Of a stretch of DNA of 64,000 nucleotides, positions 44,487-55,559 are shown in pieces. This DNA comes from Arenimonas sp. GDDSR-1 (lineage in GTDB: Bacteria > Pseudomonadota > Gammaproteobacteria > Xanthomonadales > Xanthomonadaceae). How positions within the stretch are numbered: the stretch's first letter is position 1; the number at the start of each line of letters is the position of its first letter. The DNA lies in assembly GCF_025980345.1 (NCBI RefSeq), contig NZ_JAPDUI010000005.1, forward strand, positions 893 to 64,892, given 5' to 3'. The notes under the pieces were generated by a model that saw only the letters and a list, made by a program, of their open reading frames with translations, was not told the origin of the DNA and ran no database searches. The position numbers were made by a program, and so were the translations under genes.

Positions 44487-45221
44487 ATGACCCACGCATC
44501 CGACTCCGGCAAACGTTACGGCTTGGCCCGTGTGCTCTCGAAAATGGGACTGGCTTCCCGGGCCGAGGCGACCCGTCAGATTCGTGCCGGCCTCGTCCGG
44601 ATCAATGGAAAAATCATCCGGGATCCGGAGCATCCGGTATGCATGGGGGTGGACCGGGTCGAAACCGGGGAAGGGCGTGCCGAATCCCGACCGTTCATGG
44701 CCCTCATGCTGAATAAACCCCGGGGTCTGGTGACAACACGTTCGGACGAACGCCAGCGGGCAACGGTTTACGATTGTCTTCCCGCCGACATGCCCTGGCT
44801 GTCCCCGGTGGGCCGGCTGGATAAGGCCAGCGAGGGCCTGCTGCTGTTCTGCAACGATCCGGTCTGGGCCGCCGGCATCACCAACCCCGACACAGGTCCG
44901 GACAAGACCTATCACGTGCAGATCGATTGCATTCCCGATGACGAATTGCTTCAGCGGCTCCGTACCGGCATAGAAACCGATGCCGGTTTTCTGTCCGCCA
45001 AGCGCATCGATCTGCTGCGCCACGGCGAAAAGCATGCTTGGCTGGAAATCGTTCTGGATGAAGGCCGCAACCGGCAGATCCGGCGGTTGCTCGAGGGCTT
45101 CGGTATCGGCGTGCTGCGTCTCATCCGAACCGCCATCGGCGGCCTGCCGCTGGGCGATCTCCCGAAAGGGCAGTGGCGGCCATTGACCGTTGCGGAGCTG
45201 GCGTTACTGAATCACGCCTAG
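44487..45221 (+). CDS. rRNA pseudouridine synthase (RsuA/RluB/E/F family) with S4 domain
   Basis: GLARVLSKMGLASR, LNKPRG, VGRLDKASEGLLL, EGRNRQIRR. Confidence 0.92.
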   Translation: MTHASDSGKRYGLARVLSKMGLASRAEATRQIRAGLVRINGKIIRDPEHPVCMGVDRVETGEGRAESRPFMALMLNKPRGLVTTRSDERQRATVYDCLPADMPWLSPVGRLDKASEGLLLFCNDPVWAAGITNPDTGPDKTYHVQIDCIPDDELLQRLRTGIETDAGFLSAKRIDLLRHGEKHAWLEIVLDEGRNRQIRRLLEGFGIGVLRLIRTAIGGLPLGDLPKGQWRPLTVAELALLNHA

Positions 45222-46400
45222 TTCGCGGCCGACCTTGGTGAACGCCGCCACGGCGCGCTCGAGATGTTCCCGGCTGTGCGCGGCGCTCATCTGGGTCCGG
45301 ATGCGCGCCTGTCCCTTGGCCACGACCGGGAAAAAGAACCCGACGGCATAGATGCCTTCATCGAGCAGGCGGCGTGCGAATTCCTGGGCCAGCACCGCAT
45401 CGAACAGCATGACCGGTACGATCGGGTGCGTGCCGGCCTTGATGGTGAAGCCCGCATTCGTCATTTCTTCACGGAAGAATCGGGTATTTTCCTCAAGCTT
45501 GTGGCGCAGCGCATCGGCGCCGGCCAGCATGTCGAAAACCCGGATGCCGGCGGCAACCACCGGCGGCGGCAGCGAATTCGAAAAAAGGTAGGGACGCGAA
45601 CGCTGGCGCAGCAGTTCGATGACCGCTTTCGGTCCGGTGGTGAAGCCGCCCAGGGCGCCGCCGAGCGATTTGCCCAGGGTGCCGGTGAAGATGTCGATTT
45701 TGCCCAGAACTCCGTGCACTTCCGCCGAGCCGCGCCCGGTGGCACCCAGAAAGCCGGTCGCGTGGCATTCATCGATATGCACAAGGGCGTTGTACTTCTC
45801 CGCAAGCGCGGTCAGCTCGCCGAGCGGGGCGACCGAGCCGTCCATCGAGAATACCCCGTCGGTGGTGATCAGTTTGATCCGGCAACCGGCGGCATCGGCG
45901 GCCTGCAGCTGGGCTTCAAGGCCGGCCATGTCGCAGTTGTCGTAGCGGAAGCGTTTGGCCTTGCACAGGCGCACGCCGTCGATGATCGAGGCATGATTGA
46001 GGGCATCGGAGATGACGGCGTCGTTTTCCCCGAGCAGCGGCTCGAACAGGCCGCCATTGGCGTCGAAGCAGGCGGCGTAAAGAATGGCATCCTCGGTTCC
46101 GAAGAACGAGGCGATTTTCGCTTCGAGGGTCTTGTGAAGGTCCTGGGTGCCGCAGATGAAGCGCACCGAAGCCATGCCGAATCCGTGGGTGTCGAGCGCG
46201 TCTTTCGCCGATTGGATGATATCGGGATTATCGGCCAGTCCGAGATAATTGTTGGCGCAGAAGTTCAGCACGGTCCGGCCATCGCTCAGCTGGATTTCAG
46301 CCGATTGGGCGCCGGTGATGATGCGCTCCCGTTTGAGCAGACCCTGACTTTCGATGCCTGCCAGTTCATTTTGGTAAATTTCGAGGGCGGTTTTGTTCAT
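45204..46400 (-). CDS. kbl: Glycine C-acetyltransferase (2-amino-3-ketobutyrate CoA ligase)
   Basis: NFCANNYLGLA, SVRFICGTQD, NHASIIDG, TGTLGK, RIRTQMSAAH. Confidence 0.96.
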   Translation of the reverse strand: MNKTALEIYQNELAGIESQGLLKRERIITGAQSAEIQLSDGRTVLNFCANNYLGLADNPDIIQSAKDALDTHGFGMASVRFICGTQDLHKTLEAKIASFFGTEDAILYAACFDANGGLFEPLLGENDAVISDALNHASIIDGVRLCKAKRFRYDNCDMAGLEAQLQAADAAGCRIKLITTDGVFSMDGSVAPLGELTALAEKYNALVHIDECHATGFLGATGRGSAEVHGVLGKIDIFTGTLGKSLGGALGGFTTGPKAVIELLRQRSRPYLFSNSLPPPVVAAGIRVFDMLAGADALRHKLEENTRFFREEMTNAGFTIKAGTHPIVPVMLFDAVLAQEFARRLLDEGIYAVGFFFPVVAKGQARIRTQMSAAHSREHLERAVAAFTKVGRELGVIQ

Positions 46401-46671
46401 GGTCGATGCTCGTTAAAGGAAGCCCTATTTTACAGGCGAATGGCGTTGTAATTCCATAACATATTGAAATATATATTTATATTATTCACTCTTGGCGTCG
46501 CCAAGGTGATGTTGAATTCTGAACAGATCTTGAATACTGTTGAATAAACAACAACATGCTACCCAAATTGCTAAAAATACGTTAACATCGTCGCCAGCTA
46601 TCTGGTTTGAAACTGGTGTGCAGGGGGCATTAACCGCCTTGTTGTTAAACAAAATCATTGGAGATTTCTCA

Positions 46672-47355
46672 ATGCAAAAGAATCTGAAAGCCGCCATTCT
46701 GGCTGCTCTGCTCGCGGCTCCGGCCGTTTCCTTCGCCCAAGAAGCCGCAGAATCGAACTTCAGCTGGAATGCCGGCATCGTTTCCGACTACGTGTTCCGT
46801 GGCGTTTCCCAATCCAACAAAGACGTCGCTTTCCAAGGCGGCGTGGATTACGCCTTCGGTGACAGCGGCTTCTACGCCGGTGCCTGGGGTTCCAACGTTG
46901 ATTTCCAAGCTTTGGATGGCCCGAACATCGAACTCGACGCCTACGTTGGCTATAACACCGATCTGGGTGACAAGTTCAACCTCGACGTCATGCTGACCCG
47001 TTACACCTACCACGGCGCAGAGTCCACCTACGGCAACAGCGATTACAACGAACTGATCACCAAGTTCGCCATGAAAGACGTCGCCACCCTGACCGTTGGT
47101 TACACCAACGACTACAGCAACACCGGCGAAAACGTGACCTACGTGAACCTCGGCAACAGCTGGGATCTGGGCAAGGACTTCAGCCTGAACGCCGGTTTCG
47201 GCCGTACCTTCTCCGATTTCGGTGACTACAACGACTGGAACGTCGGCGTCAGCAAGACCTTCGGTGCCTTGGAATTCGGTCTGAACTACTACGACACCAA
47301 CCTGAACTTCAACGCTTCCGACTCCGTCGTGCTGAGCGTCAAGATCGGCGGCTAA
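46672..47355 (+). CDS. TorF/TIGR02001-family putative outer membrane porin
   Basis: Signal peptide; SDYVFRGVSQS, QGGVDY, FYAGAWGSNVDF, ELDAYVGY; strongly biased codons. Confidence 0.85.
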   Translation: MQKNLKAAILAALLAAPAVSFAQEAAESNFSWNAGIVSDYVFRGVSQSNKDVAFQGGVDYAFGDSGFYAGAWGSNVDFQALDGPNIELDAYVGYNTDLGDKFNLDVMLTRYTYHGAESTYGNSDYNELITKFAMKDVATLTVGYTNDYSNTGENVTYVNLGNSWDLGKDFSLNAGFGRTFSDFGDYNDWNVGVSKTFGALEFGLNYYDTNLNFNASDSVVLSVKIGG

Positions 47356-47373
47356 TTTCAGCCGATGCAAATG

Positions 47374-47402
47374 AAAAGGGGCGCTTCGGCGCCCCTTTTT
47401 TT
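47374..47402. terminator. Bidirectional terminator between the TorF-family gene and tdh
   Basis: AAAAGGGGCGC-TTCG-GCGCCCCTTTTTTT. Confidence 0.9.
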
Positions 47403-47427
47403 ATCCTGATTATTTAGCGGCGGGCAC

Positions 47428-48459
47428 TTACCAGCTGCAGACGACCTTGCCGCACACGCCGGCTTCCATCAGGTCGAAGCCCTTCTGGAAATCGTCGATG
47501 TGGACCTGGTGGGTCAGCACCTTCTGCAGCGGAAAACCGGTCAATACCATCTGGGTCATCTTGTACCAGGTTTCGTACATCTTGCGGCCATAAATGCCCT
47601 GCACGGTCAGGCCTTTGAAGATGATGCGATCCCAATCCACGCCGGCGCCTTTGGGCAGAATGCCGAGCAGGGCGACCTTGCCGCCGTGGTACATGCAGTC
47701 GAGCATGTCGTTGAAGGCCTGTGGCACGCCGCTCATTTCAAGGCCGACATCGAAGCCTTCCATGTGCAGCTCGGCCATCACGTCCTTCAGGCTCTGCTTT
47801 GAAACGTTGACCACACGGGTTGCACCCATGTCCGCGGCGAGTTTCAGGCGGTAATCGTTGACGTCGGTCACCACCACGTTGCGGGCGCCGATGTGCTTGC
47901 AGATGCCGGCGGCGATGATGCCGATCGGTCCCGCACCGGTGATCAGCACGTCTTCGCCGATGACATCGAATTCCAGCGCGCAGTGCGCGGCATTGCCGTA
48001 AGGGTCGAAGAACGCGGCCAGTTCGCTGGGAATCTGGTCGGGAATCGGCCAGAGATTGGAAGCCGGCATCACGATGTATTCGGCGAAGGCGCCGTTGCGG
48101 TTGACCCCGATGCCGACGGTATTCGGGCACAGATGCTGACGGCCGGCCCGGCAATTGCGGCAATGGCCGCAGACGATGTGCCCTTCGGCCGAGACCCGGT
48201 CGCCCAATTGGTAACCGGTCACGCCCGGGCCGACCGCGACGATGCGGCCGACGAACTCATGGCCGATGACCAGGCCCGGTTTGATGGTGCGCTGGCTCCA
48301 TTCGTCCCATTTGTAGATATGCAGATCGGTACCGCAGATCGCGGTCTTTTCCAGCTTGATCAGGACCTCATTGGGTCCGGCCTCCGGAACCGGAACTTCT
48401 TCCATCCAGATTCCCTTTTCGGCGTGGCGTTTGACTAAGGCTTTCATCATGGCGGTCAT
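47428..48459 (-). CDS. tdh: L-threonine 3-dehydrogenase
   Basis: [23 protein letters not shown] zinc motif, [12 protein letters not shown]. Confidence 0.97.
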   Translation of the reverse strand: MTAMMKALVKRHAEKGIWMEEVPVPEAGPNEVLIKLEKTAICGTDLHIYKWDEWSQRTIKPGLVIGHEFVGRIVAVGPGVTGYQLGDRVSAEGHIVCGHCRNCRAGRQHLCPNTVGIGVNRNGAFAEYIVMPASNLWPIPDQIPSELAAFFDPYGNAAHCALEFDVIGEDVLITGAGPIGIIAAGICKHIGARNVVVTDVNDYRLKLAADMGATRVVNVSKQSLKDVMAELHMEGFDVGLEMSGVPQAFNDMLDCMYHGGKVALLGILPKGAGVDWDRIIFKGLTVQGIYGRKMYETWYKMTQMVLTGFPLQKVLTHQVHIDDFQKGFDLMEAGVCGKVVCSW

Positions 48460-48570
48460 AGGGGGCTCCCGGTTCAGGCGCACATTATACGCGCCGTCCC
48501 GCCGATTGACGCCATCTTGATCGGGTTTTGTCGGATAATTGGGGTTTATCCAAAGCGAGGGATGTGCGGT

Positions 48571-50724
48571 ATGCGAATGAAATTGTTGTCATTGATGCTG
48601 TTGGCCGGCGCGTCGGTGCAGGCCGACGAGGGCATGTGGGTACCGCAGCAGCTGGGCGAAATCGCCGGGCCGCTGAAGAAGGCCGGACTGGCGCTGAATC
48701 CGTCCGATTTCGCCGACTTGACCGGGCAGCCGATGGGCGCCGTGGTCAGTCTGGGCGGGTGCACCGCCTCGTTCATCTCCCCGAACGGTCTGGTGGCCAC
48801 CAACCACCATTGCGCCTATGGCGGCATCCAGCTCAATTCGACCCCGCAGAACGACCTGCTCAGCAACGGCTTCATCGCCGCGACCAACGCCGAGGAAGTC
48901 AATGCCGGCCCGAATTCGCGGATCTTCGTGATGGACTCCATCACCGATGTCAGCGCGCGCATGAACGCGGCGGTCAATGACGGCATGGATGGCCTGCAGC
49001 GCCAGGTGGCCCTGGAAAACGCCAGCAAGGCCATCGTGGCCGAGTGCGAAGCCGAAGCCGGATTCCGCTGCACCGTCTCCAGCTTCTTCGGTGGCGTACA
49101 GTACCGCCTGTTCAAGCAGATGGAGATCCGCGACGTGCGTCTGGTGTATGCGCCCCCGGGCAGCATCGGCAACTACGGCGGTGAAGTCGACAACTGGATG
49201 TGGCCACGCCACACCGGTGATTTCACCCTGATCCGCGCTTATGTCGGCAAGGACGGCAAGCCGGCGCCCTTCGCGAAGGACAATATTCCCTACCGCAACA
49301 AGCACTGGTTGCGTGTGGCCGCCGATCCGCTGCGTGAAGGCGATTTCGTCATGGTCGCCGGCTACCCGGGCCGGACCAACCGCTATGCGCTCGCCGCCGA
49401 ATTCGAGAATACCGAAAACTGGTCCTATCCTTACATCAGCCGCAATCTGAAAAACGTCCGTGATCTCGTGCATGCCGCCGGCAAGGCCGATAAGGACATC
49501 GACATCAAGTACGCCAACACCGTGCGCGGCTGGGAAAACACCCTGAAGAATTATGACGGCCAGCTGCTGGGCTTCCGTAAAAGCGGCGCCGCCGCCATCA
49601 AGCGTGCCGAAGAAGAAGCCGTGCTGGCCTGGCTCGACAAGCAGGGCGCCAAAGGCAAGGCGGCGCGTGAGGCGCACGACAAACTCGTGGCCTTGCACCT
49701 GCAGGACCGGGCCACCCAGGAACGGGATACCGTGGTCGGTTCGATTGCCAATCTCGGTCTGCTCGGCAATGCCCGCAGCCTCTACCGCCTTGCGGTGGAA
49801 AACACCAAGCCGAATGCCGAACGCACCCCCGGTTATCAGGAACGCGACCGTGCCCGCATCGAGGGCGGCGTTCGGGAACTGCAGAACCGCTACCACCCCG
49901 CCATGGAAAAACAGCTGATGGCCTACTGGCTCGGCCAGTACATCCAGCTGCCGGCGGGCTCGCGCAATCCGGTACTGGATGCCATGCTGGGCGGCAATGA
50001 CCAGGCGGCGGTTGCCCGCGCCGTGAACACGCTTTACGCGGGCACGCGTTACGGCGAGTTGGCGGAACGCGAATCTTGGCTGAAGGCCGACAAAGGGCAA
50101 TTCGAAGCCAGCAAGGACAGCATCGTGAAACTGGCGGTTGCCCTGTACCCGAGTCTGTTGGCCGTGGAGAACACCGGCAAGGCACGGGCCGGTGAGTACG
50201 CCAAATACCGTCCGGTCTATCTGCAGGCGGTCATCGATTACAAGCGCAGCCGCGGCGAAGCGGTGTACCCGGATGCCAACAGCAGCCTGCGCCTGACCTA
50301 CGGTAACGTCACCGGCTACAAACCCCAGGACGGTGCGGTCTATGTGCCGTTCACCACCGCCGAGGGCATGGCGGCCAAAGCCGGCAAGGACGAGCCGTTC
50401 AATGCACCGAAGCGCATACTGGATCTGGTTGCCGCCAGGGATTACGGGCGCTATGCCGACAGCAAGCTCGGCACGCTGCCGGTCAACTTCCTGTCCAATC
50501 TCGACATTACCGGTGGCAATTCCGGTTCGCCGGTCATGAACGGCAAAGGCGAGCTGGTCGGTCTGGCCTTCGACGGCAATTGGGAGTCGGTCAGCTCCAA
50601 CTGGGTTTACGACGGCAGCCTGAACCGGATGATTTCGGTGGATGCCCGCTATATGCTGTGGATCATCGACAAGGCGTTTCCGGCACCGAATGTGCTGCGA
50701 GAAATCAACGAATCCCGCAAATAA
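48571..50724 (+). CDS. S46 family dipeptidyl peptidase (DPP7/DAP BII-like)
   Basis: [46 protein letters not shown]. Confidence 0.94.
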   Translation: MRMKLLSLMLLAGASVQADEGMWVPQQLGEIAGPLKKAGLALNPSDFADLTGQPMGAVVSLGGCTASFISPNGLVATNHHCAYGGIQLNSTPQNDLLSNGFIAATNAEEVNAGPNSRIFVMDSITDVSARMNAAVNDGMDGLQRQVALENASKAIVAECEAEAGFRCTVSSFFGGVQYRLFKQMEIRDVRLVYAPPGSIGNYGGEVDNWMWPRHTGDFTLIRAYVGKDGKPAPFAKDNIPYRNKHWLRVAADPLREGDFVMVAGYPGRTNRYALAAEFENTENWSYPYISRNLKNVRDLVHAAGKADKDIDIKYANTVRGWENTLKNYDGQLLGFRKSGAAAIKRAEEEAVLAWLDKQGAKGKAAREAHDKLVALHLQDRATQERDTVVGSIANLGLLGNARSLYRLAVENTKPNAERTPGYQERDRARIEGGVRELQNRYHPAMEKQLMAYWLGQYIQLPAGSRNPVLDAMLGGNDQAAVARAVNTLYAGTRYGELAERESWLKADKGQFEASKDSIVKLAVALYPSLLAVENTGKARAGEYAKYRPVYLQAVIDYKRSRGEAVYPDANSSLRLTYGNVTGYKPQDGAVYVPFTTAEGMAAKAGKDEPFNAPKRILDLVAARDYGRYADSKLGTLPVNFLSNLDITGGNSGSPVMNGKGELVGLAFDGNWESVSSNWVYDGSLNRMISVDARYMLWIIDKAFPAPNVLREINESRK

Positions 50725-50727
50725 ACC

Positions 50728-50752
50728 AAAGCCGGCGCAAGCCGGCTTTTTT
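50728..50752 (+). terminator. Terminator after the S46 peptidase gene
   Basis: AAAGCCGGC-GCAA-GCCGGCTTTTTT. Confidence 0.85.
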
Positions 50753-50787
50753 GCTAGTATGGGTTCCATGCACGCAAGGAGAAAGGC

Positions 50788-52173
50788 ATGAAAGTCACCG
50801 TCTTCGGCGCCGCCGGCGCCGTTACCGGATCCTGCCATCTGGTGGAAGCCGCCGGCAAACGTCTTCTCCTTGATTGCGGAATGATCCAGGGCAGCAAAGT
50901 CGAAGAAGCCAAAAACGCACTCCCCTTCGATTTTGACGTCAAGTCCATTGATGCCGTCATCCTCAGCCATGCGCACATCGATCATTGCGGCCGTCTGCCG
51001 GTACTGGCGCAGTATGGCTACCATGGACCGATTTACACGCACCGCGCCACCGCCGACCTGCTGCCGGTGATGCTGGAAGATGCGGCATCGCTGGCCGAAA
51101 TGGACGCCGAGCGACGCAACCGCTTCCACAAGGACGGCCACAACCACCACAAGCCGCTATTTACCCGGCACGATGTGGGACAGGTGGTGCGCCAGCTCGA
51201 ACGCTTGGATTACCGCAAGCCGTTGACGCTGTTTCCGGGCGTCACGGTGACCCTGCAGGATGCCGGACATATTCTGGGCTCGGCCAGTGTCCGGATCGTG
51301 ACAGAGGACGCCGGCGAGACCCGCACATTGGTGTTTTCCGGCGACATCGGGCCGCTGAACACGCCCATCCTTGCCGATCCGGATCCGTTTCCGAGCGCCG
51401 ATCTGGTGCTGATGGAATCCACCTACGGCGGTCGTCTGCACCGCGAACGCGCCGCAACGGTGCAGGAAATGGGTGAAATCTTCGATGCCGCCTGGAAAGC
51501 CGGCGGCAACATCCTAATTCCGGCCTTCGCGGTCGGGCGCAGCCAGGAGCTGCTGTATTGGTTCGCGAAACACTATGAGGACTGGAATCTCGGACGTTGG
51601 CGGATCTTCATGGACAGTCCGATGGCCTCGAAAGTCATCGAGGTTTATGACCGCCACGAGGAACTGTTCGACGACGATGCCAAGGTTATGTTCCACGGAA
51701 AGCCGCATCCGTTCCATCTGCCCAATCTCAAGTACACCACCGATGTCGAAGACTCCAAAGCCATCAACGAACACAACGGCGGCTGCATCATCATCGCCGG
51801 TTCGGGCATGTGCAACGGCGGACGCATCCGCCATCATCTGCGACACAACCTGGGCAGCGCCAAGAACCATATCCTGTTCGTCGGCTACCAGTCTGTCGGC
51901 ACCCTCGGCCGGTTGCTGGTCGACGGCATCGATTCGGTCAAACTGTTCGGCGATGACATCAAGATCAAGGCGCACCGGCACACCATCGGCGGCCTTTCAG
52001 CGCATACCGATCAGGCCGGTCTGTTGGAATGGTACGGTGCATACTCGGGCCACCCGCGCATTGCCTTAGTGCATGGCGAGGACGATGCCCGCAAAGCCTG
52101 CGCGCTGGCGCTGAAAATGCGTTTCGATGTGGATGCGCAGATACCGGCTTACGCGGAAACCCTGAGCGTCTGA
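50788..52173 (+). CDS. Metallo-beta-lactamase fold beta-CASP ribonuclease-like protein
   Basis: SHAHIDHCG, AGHILGSA, ESTYG, PAFAVGRSQE, GSGMCNGGRI, LSAH. Confidence 0.92.
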   Translation: MKVTVFGAAGAVTGSCHLVEAAGKRLLLDCGMIQGSKVEEAKNALPFDFDVKSIDAVILSHAHIDHCGRLPVLAQYGYHGPIYTHRATADLLPVMLEDAASLAEMDAERRNRFHKDGHNHHKPLFTRHDVGQVVRQLERLDYRKPLTLFPGVTVTLQDAGHILGSASVRIVTEDAGETRTLVFSGDIGPLNTPILADPDPFPSADLVLMESTYGGRLHRERAATVQEMGEIFDAAWKAGGNILIPAFAVGRSQELLYWFAKHYEDWNLGRWRIFMDSPMASKVIEVYDRHEELFDDDAKVMFHGKPHPFHLPNLKYTTDVEDSKAINEHNGGCIIIAGSGMCNGGRIRHHLRHNLGSAKNHILFVGYQSVGTLGRLLVDGIDSVKLFGDDIKIKAHRHTIGGLSAHTDQAGLLEWYGAYSGHPRIALVHGEDDARKACALALKMRFDVDAQIPAYAETLSV

Positions 52174-52185
52174 CTTCGGAGCTGT

Positions 52186-52560
52186 TCAGCCGGGCAGGAT
52201 GAATCCCGCCAGCACATTGCGTCCTTCCTGAGCGAGAATGTTGAAGGTGCGTGCAGCGGCGGCATTGTTCATCACTTCGAAGCCGATGCCGCGTTGCAGG
52301 AAGAAGGCCAGGTCTTTCGGGTCGGGGAAAATCTGGTTGCTGCCGGTCCCCAGAATGAACAGCGCCGGTCGGTGTTCCAGAACGCTCTCCCAAACGCCCG
52401 CTTCGGGCGTGAGGACATCCTTCAGCGGCCAGTCTTCCACCAGAACATTCGGCCCCAACAGGAAGCTGGTGCTGATTTCCCGGTCATTGACCCGTACTCC
52501 GGTGGCACTGACGCCCCGGCAGATGTAACGATAATCCGGGTTTTCCAGCGAAATCTGCAT
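52186..52560 (-). CDS. Mth938-like (DUF498) protein
   Basis: ILGTG...[23 protein letters not shown]. Confidence 0.88.
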   Translation of the reverse strand: MQISLENPDYRYICRGVSATGVRVNDREISTSFLLGPNVLVEDWPLKDVLTPEAGVWESVLEHRPALFILGTGSNQIFPDPKDLAFFLQRGIGFEVMNNAAAARTFNILAQEGRNVLAGFILPG

Positions 52561-52865
52561 CAGGCCTTGGGCAGGATAATCAAGGGCTTGTCTTTACTGC
52601 GGCGGAACAGCACCACGATGTTGCCGATGCGGGCGACCAGGTCTGCTTTGGATTGTTCGACCAGATGCGCGATCCAGGCATCCCGGGTGTCGCGGTCGTC
52701 GGCCGCGAATTTCACTTTCAGCAGTTCGTGGCGCTCCAGTGCGCCGTCCAGTTCGGCCAGAAGGGCTTCGCTCGGGCCCTTGGCACCGACCAGAATGATG
52801 GGTTTGAGGTCGTGCGCGAGCCCGCGGAGATAGCGTTTCTGCGGATTGCTGAGGGGGGTGGTCAT
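52560..52865 (-). CDS. yhbY: Ribosome assembly RNA-binding protein YhbY (CRM domain)
   Basis: [30 protein letters not shown]. Confidence 0.94.
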   Translation of the reverse strand: MTTPLSNPQKRYLRGLAHDLKPIILVGAKGPSEALLAELDGALERHELLKVKFAADDRDTRDAWIAHLVEQSKADLVARIGNIVVLFRRSKDKPLIILPKA

Positions 52866-52934
52866 GACCTTTGGCCCGATGCGGTGTGGGGGATAAAAGG
52901 GTATCATGAACCCACCTCCACGCCCACACCAATT

Positions 52935-53555
52935 ATGGCTACCCGCAGCAAAAGCAGCCAGCGTTGGCTGAAAGAACACTTCGCCGACCCGTATGTGAAA
53001 AAGGCCCAATCCGAGGGTCTGCGCTCGCGTGCGGCCTACAAGCTGGAAGAGCTGCTGGAGCGGGACCGCCTGATCAAACCGGGCATGACCATCGTCGATC
53101 TGGGGGCCGCTCCCGGAGGGTGGTCGCAGATGGCCCGGAAGGTAATGGGTGACAAGGGCCGGGTCATCGCCCTCGACATCCTGGAAATGCCCCCCATCGC
53201 CGGGGTCGAATTCATTCACGGCGACTTCAGGGAAGAATCGGTATTGTCCCAGTTACAGGCCATGGTGGGGGAAAAACCGGTCGACCTTGTTTTATCCGAT
53301 ATGGCCCCCAATATGTCAGGTGTGGATACCGTCGATCAAGCGCGCGCGATGTACCTGTCCGAACTGGCGCGCGACTTCGCCGATAGCCATCTGAAAAAAG
53401 GCGGTGATTTTCTGATCAAGCTGTTCCATGGCGAAGGTTTCGATGCATATGTCAAAGACCTCCGCCCGCGCTATCAGAAACTGACCATCCGCAAACCGGC
53501 GGCCTCGCGGCGCCGTTCCAACGAGGTTTACGCGCTGGCTACCGGCAAGCGCTGA
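52935..53555 (+). CDS. rlmE: 23S rRNA U2552 2'-O-methyltransferase
   Basis: [36 protein letters not shown]. Confidence 0.97.
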   Translation: MATRSKSSQRWLKEHFADPYVKKAQSEGLRSRAAYKLEELLERDRLIKPGMTIVDLGAAPGGWSQMARKVMGDKGRVIALDILEMPPIAGVEFIHGDFREESVLSQLQAMVGEKPVDLVLSDMAPNMSGVDTVDQARAMYLSELARDFADSHLKKGGDFLIKLFHGEGFDAYVKDLRPRYQKLTIRKPAASRRRSNEVYALATGKR

Positions 53556-53564
53556 AGGAACAAC

Positions 53565-55478
53565 ATGAACGATCTGGTCAAGAACATCATCGTATTCGTC
53601 GTCGTCGGTTTCCTGCTGATGGCGGTCATGAATGCCTTTTCCCCGGAGTTCGGAAAGAACACGCCGGAAGTGGCCTATTCGAAATTCCTGGATGAAGTCG
53701 ATACCGGCACGGTGACCAAGGTCGAGTTCTCGGAAGACAGCTCCAGCGCCCGCACCGAACTCAAATATACCCGCGGCGACGGCAGCGTCGGCCAGACCTG
53801 GGGTCCCTACGACCGCGATCTGGTCAATGTGCTGGTCAAGCGCAAAGTCGAGATCGTACAGGCCAAGCCGGCCGCCGGTCCGCCGTTCTGGGCGATCGTG
53901 CTGAACATCCTGCCCTACATCCTGTTCTTCGGCATCGCGTTCTACTTCATCAAACAGATGCAGCAGGGCGGCGGCAAGGGCGCCATGAGTTTCGGCCGCT
54001 CGCGCGCCAAGATGCAGGGCGAGAACGAAGTCAAAGTCACTTTCGCCGATGTCGCCGGCTGCGATGAAGCCAAGGAAGAAGTGGGTGAGCTGGTCGAGTT
54101 CCTGCGCGATCCCTCCAAGTTCCAGAAGCTCGGCGGCCGTATTCCGCGCGGCGTGCTGATGGTCGGCAATCCCGGAACCGGCAAGACCCTGCTGGCGCGC
54201 GCCATTGCCGGTGAAGCCAAGGTCCCGTTCTTCTCCATTTCCGGATCCGATTTCGTCGAGATGTTCGTCGGCGTCGGCGCTTCCCGTGTCCGCGACATGT
54301 TCGATACCGCGAAAAAGCACGCGCCGTGCATCATCTTCATCGACGAAATCGATGCCGTCGGCCGCCACCGCGGTGCCGGCCTGGGCGGCGGCCATGACGA
54401 GCGGGAACAGACCCTCAATCAGCTGCTGGTTGAAATGGACGGTTTCGAAGGCGGCGAAGGCGTGATCGTGATCGCTGCCACCAACCGCCCCGATGTGCTT
54501 GATCCGGCGCTGCTGCGCCCGGGTCGCTTCGACCGTCAGGTTGTGGTCGGCCTGCCGGATGTGAAAGGCCGCGAACAGATTCTGCGCGTCCATATGCGCA
54601 AAGTACCGCTGGATGCCGATGTCGAGCCGATGACCATCGCGCGCGGCACGCCGGGTTTTTCCGGTGCCGATCTGGCCAACCTGGTCAACGAGGCCGCCCT
54701 GTTCGCCGCCCGTGAAAATGCCAAGGAAGTGCGCATGGAGCATTTCGACAAGGCGCGCGACAAGATCCTGATGGGTGCCGAGCGGCGTTCCATGGTGATG
54801 AGCGAGGATGAAAAGAAGTTGACCGCCTATCATGAGGCCGGCCACGCCATTGTCGGACGCATGGTTCCCGAACATGACCCCGTGTACAAAGTCACCATCA
54901 TCCCGCGCGGCCGTGCACTCGGCGTCACCATGTATCTTCCGGAAGGCGACAAGTACAGCTACAACAAGGTCGCCATCGAATCGCAGCTGTGCTCGCTGTA
55001 CGGGGGCCGTGTTGCCGAAGAACTGATTTTCGGTGCCGACAAGGTCACCACCGGTGCCTCGAACGACATCGAACGCGCCACCAAGATGGCCCGCAACATG
55101 GTCACCAAGTGGGGTCTGTCCGACGAGCTGGGCCCGATCGCCTATGCCGAAGATGAGGGCGAGGTCTTTCTCGGCCGCTCGGTCTCGCAGACCAAGCATG
55201 TCTCCGACGATACCGCCAAGAAAATCGATGAGGTCGTGCGCACGATCCTGGACCGTGCCTATGCGCGTACCACCCAGATTCTCAAGGATAACGTCGACAA
55301 ATTGCACATGATGGCCGATGCGCTGCTGACCTACGAAACCATCGATGTCAGCCAGATCGATGCGGTGATGGAAGGGCGCGTGCCCGGACCGCCGCTGGAT
55401 TGGGCCAAGTCCGGTAGGACCAGCAAGGATGACAAGCCCAGTGCCGGCCCGATTGGCGGTCCGATGCCGCAGACTTGA
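53565..55478 (+). CDS. ftsH: ATP-dependent zinc metalloprotease FtsH
   Basis: Two TM segments; GNPGTGKT Walker A, FIDEID, AATNRPD, HEAGH. Confidence 0.99.
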   Translation: MNDLVKNIIVFVVVGFLLMAVMNAFSPEFGKNTPEVAYSKFLDEVDTGTVTKVEFSEDSSSARTELKYTRGDGSVGQTWGPYDRDLVNVLVKRKVEIVQAKPAAGPPFWAIVLNILPYILFFGIAFYFIKQMQQGGGKGAMSFGRSRAKMQGENEVKVTFADVAGCDEAKEEVGELVEFLRDPSKFQKLGGRIPRGVLMVGNPGTGKTLLARAIAGEAKVPFFSISGSDFVEMFVGVGASRVRDMFDTAKKHAPCIIFIDEIDAVGRHRGAGLGGGHDEREQTLNQLLVEMDGFEGGEGVIVIAATNRPDVLDPALLRPGRFDRQVVVGLPDVKGREQILRVHMRKVPLDADVEPMTIARGTPGFSGADLANLVNEAALFAARENAKEVRMEHFDKARDKILMGAERRSMVMSEDEKKLTAYHEAGHAIVGRMVPEHDPVYKVTIIPRGRALGVTMYLPEGDKYSYNKVAIESQLCSLYGGRVAEELIFGADKVTTGASNDIERATKMARNMVTKWGLSDELGPIAYAEDEGEVFLGRSVSQTKHVSDDTAKKIDEVVRTILDRAYARTTQILKDNVDKLHMMADALLTYETIDVSQIDAVMEGRVPGPPLDWAKSGRTSKDDKPSAGPIGGPMPQT

Positions 55479-55496
55479 GACACTCGGGCGTCACTC

Positions 55497-55524
55497 AAAA
55501 AGCCGGAACGCGTTCCGGCTTTTT
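55497..55524 (+). terminator. Terminator after ftsH
   Basis: AAAAAGCCGGAAC-GC-GTTCCGGCTTTTT. Confidence 0.8.
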
Positions 55525-55559
55525 CATACGCTATGCTATGGCTCAACAAGGAGCAGCCC

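Noticed and set aside
48589-51150. 853-aa ORF antisense to the S46 peptidase and MBL genes
   Set aside because: Shadow frame of two well-supported, codon-biased genes; no recognisable motifs; long antisense ORFs are expected at this GC content
53316-55307. 663-aa ORF antisense to ftsH
   Set aside because: Shadow ORF of a highly conserved gene
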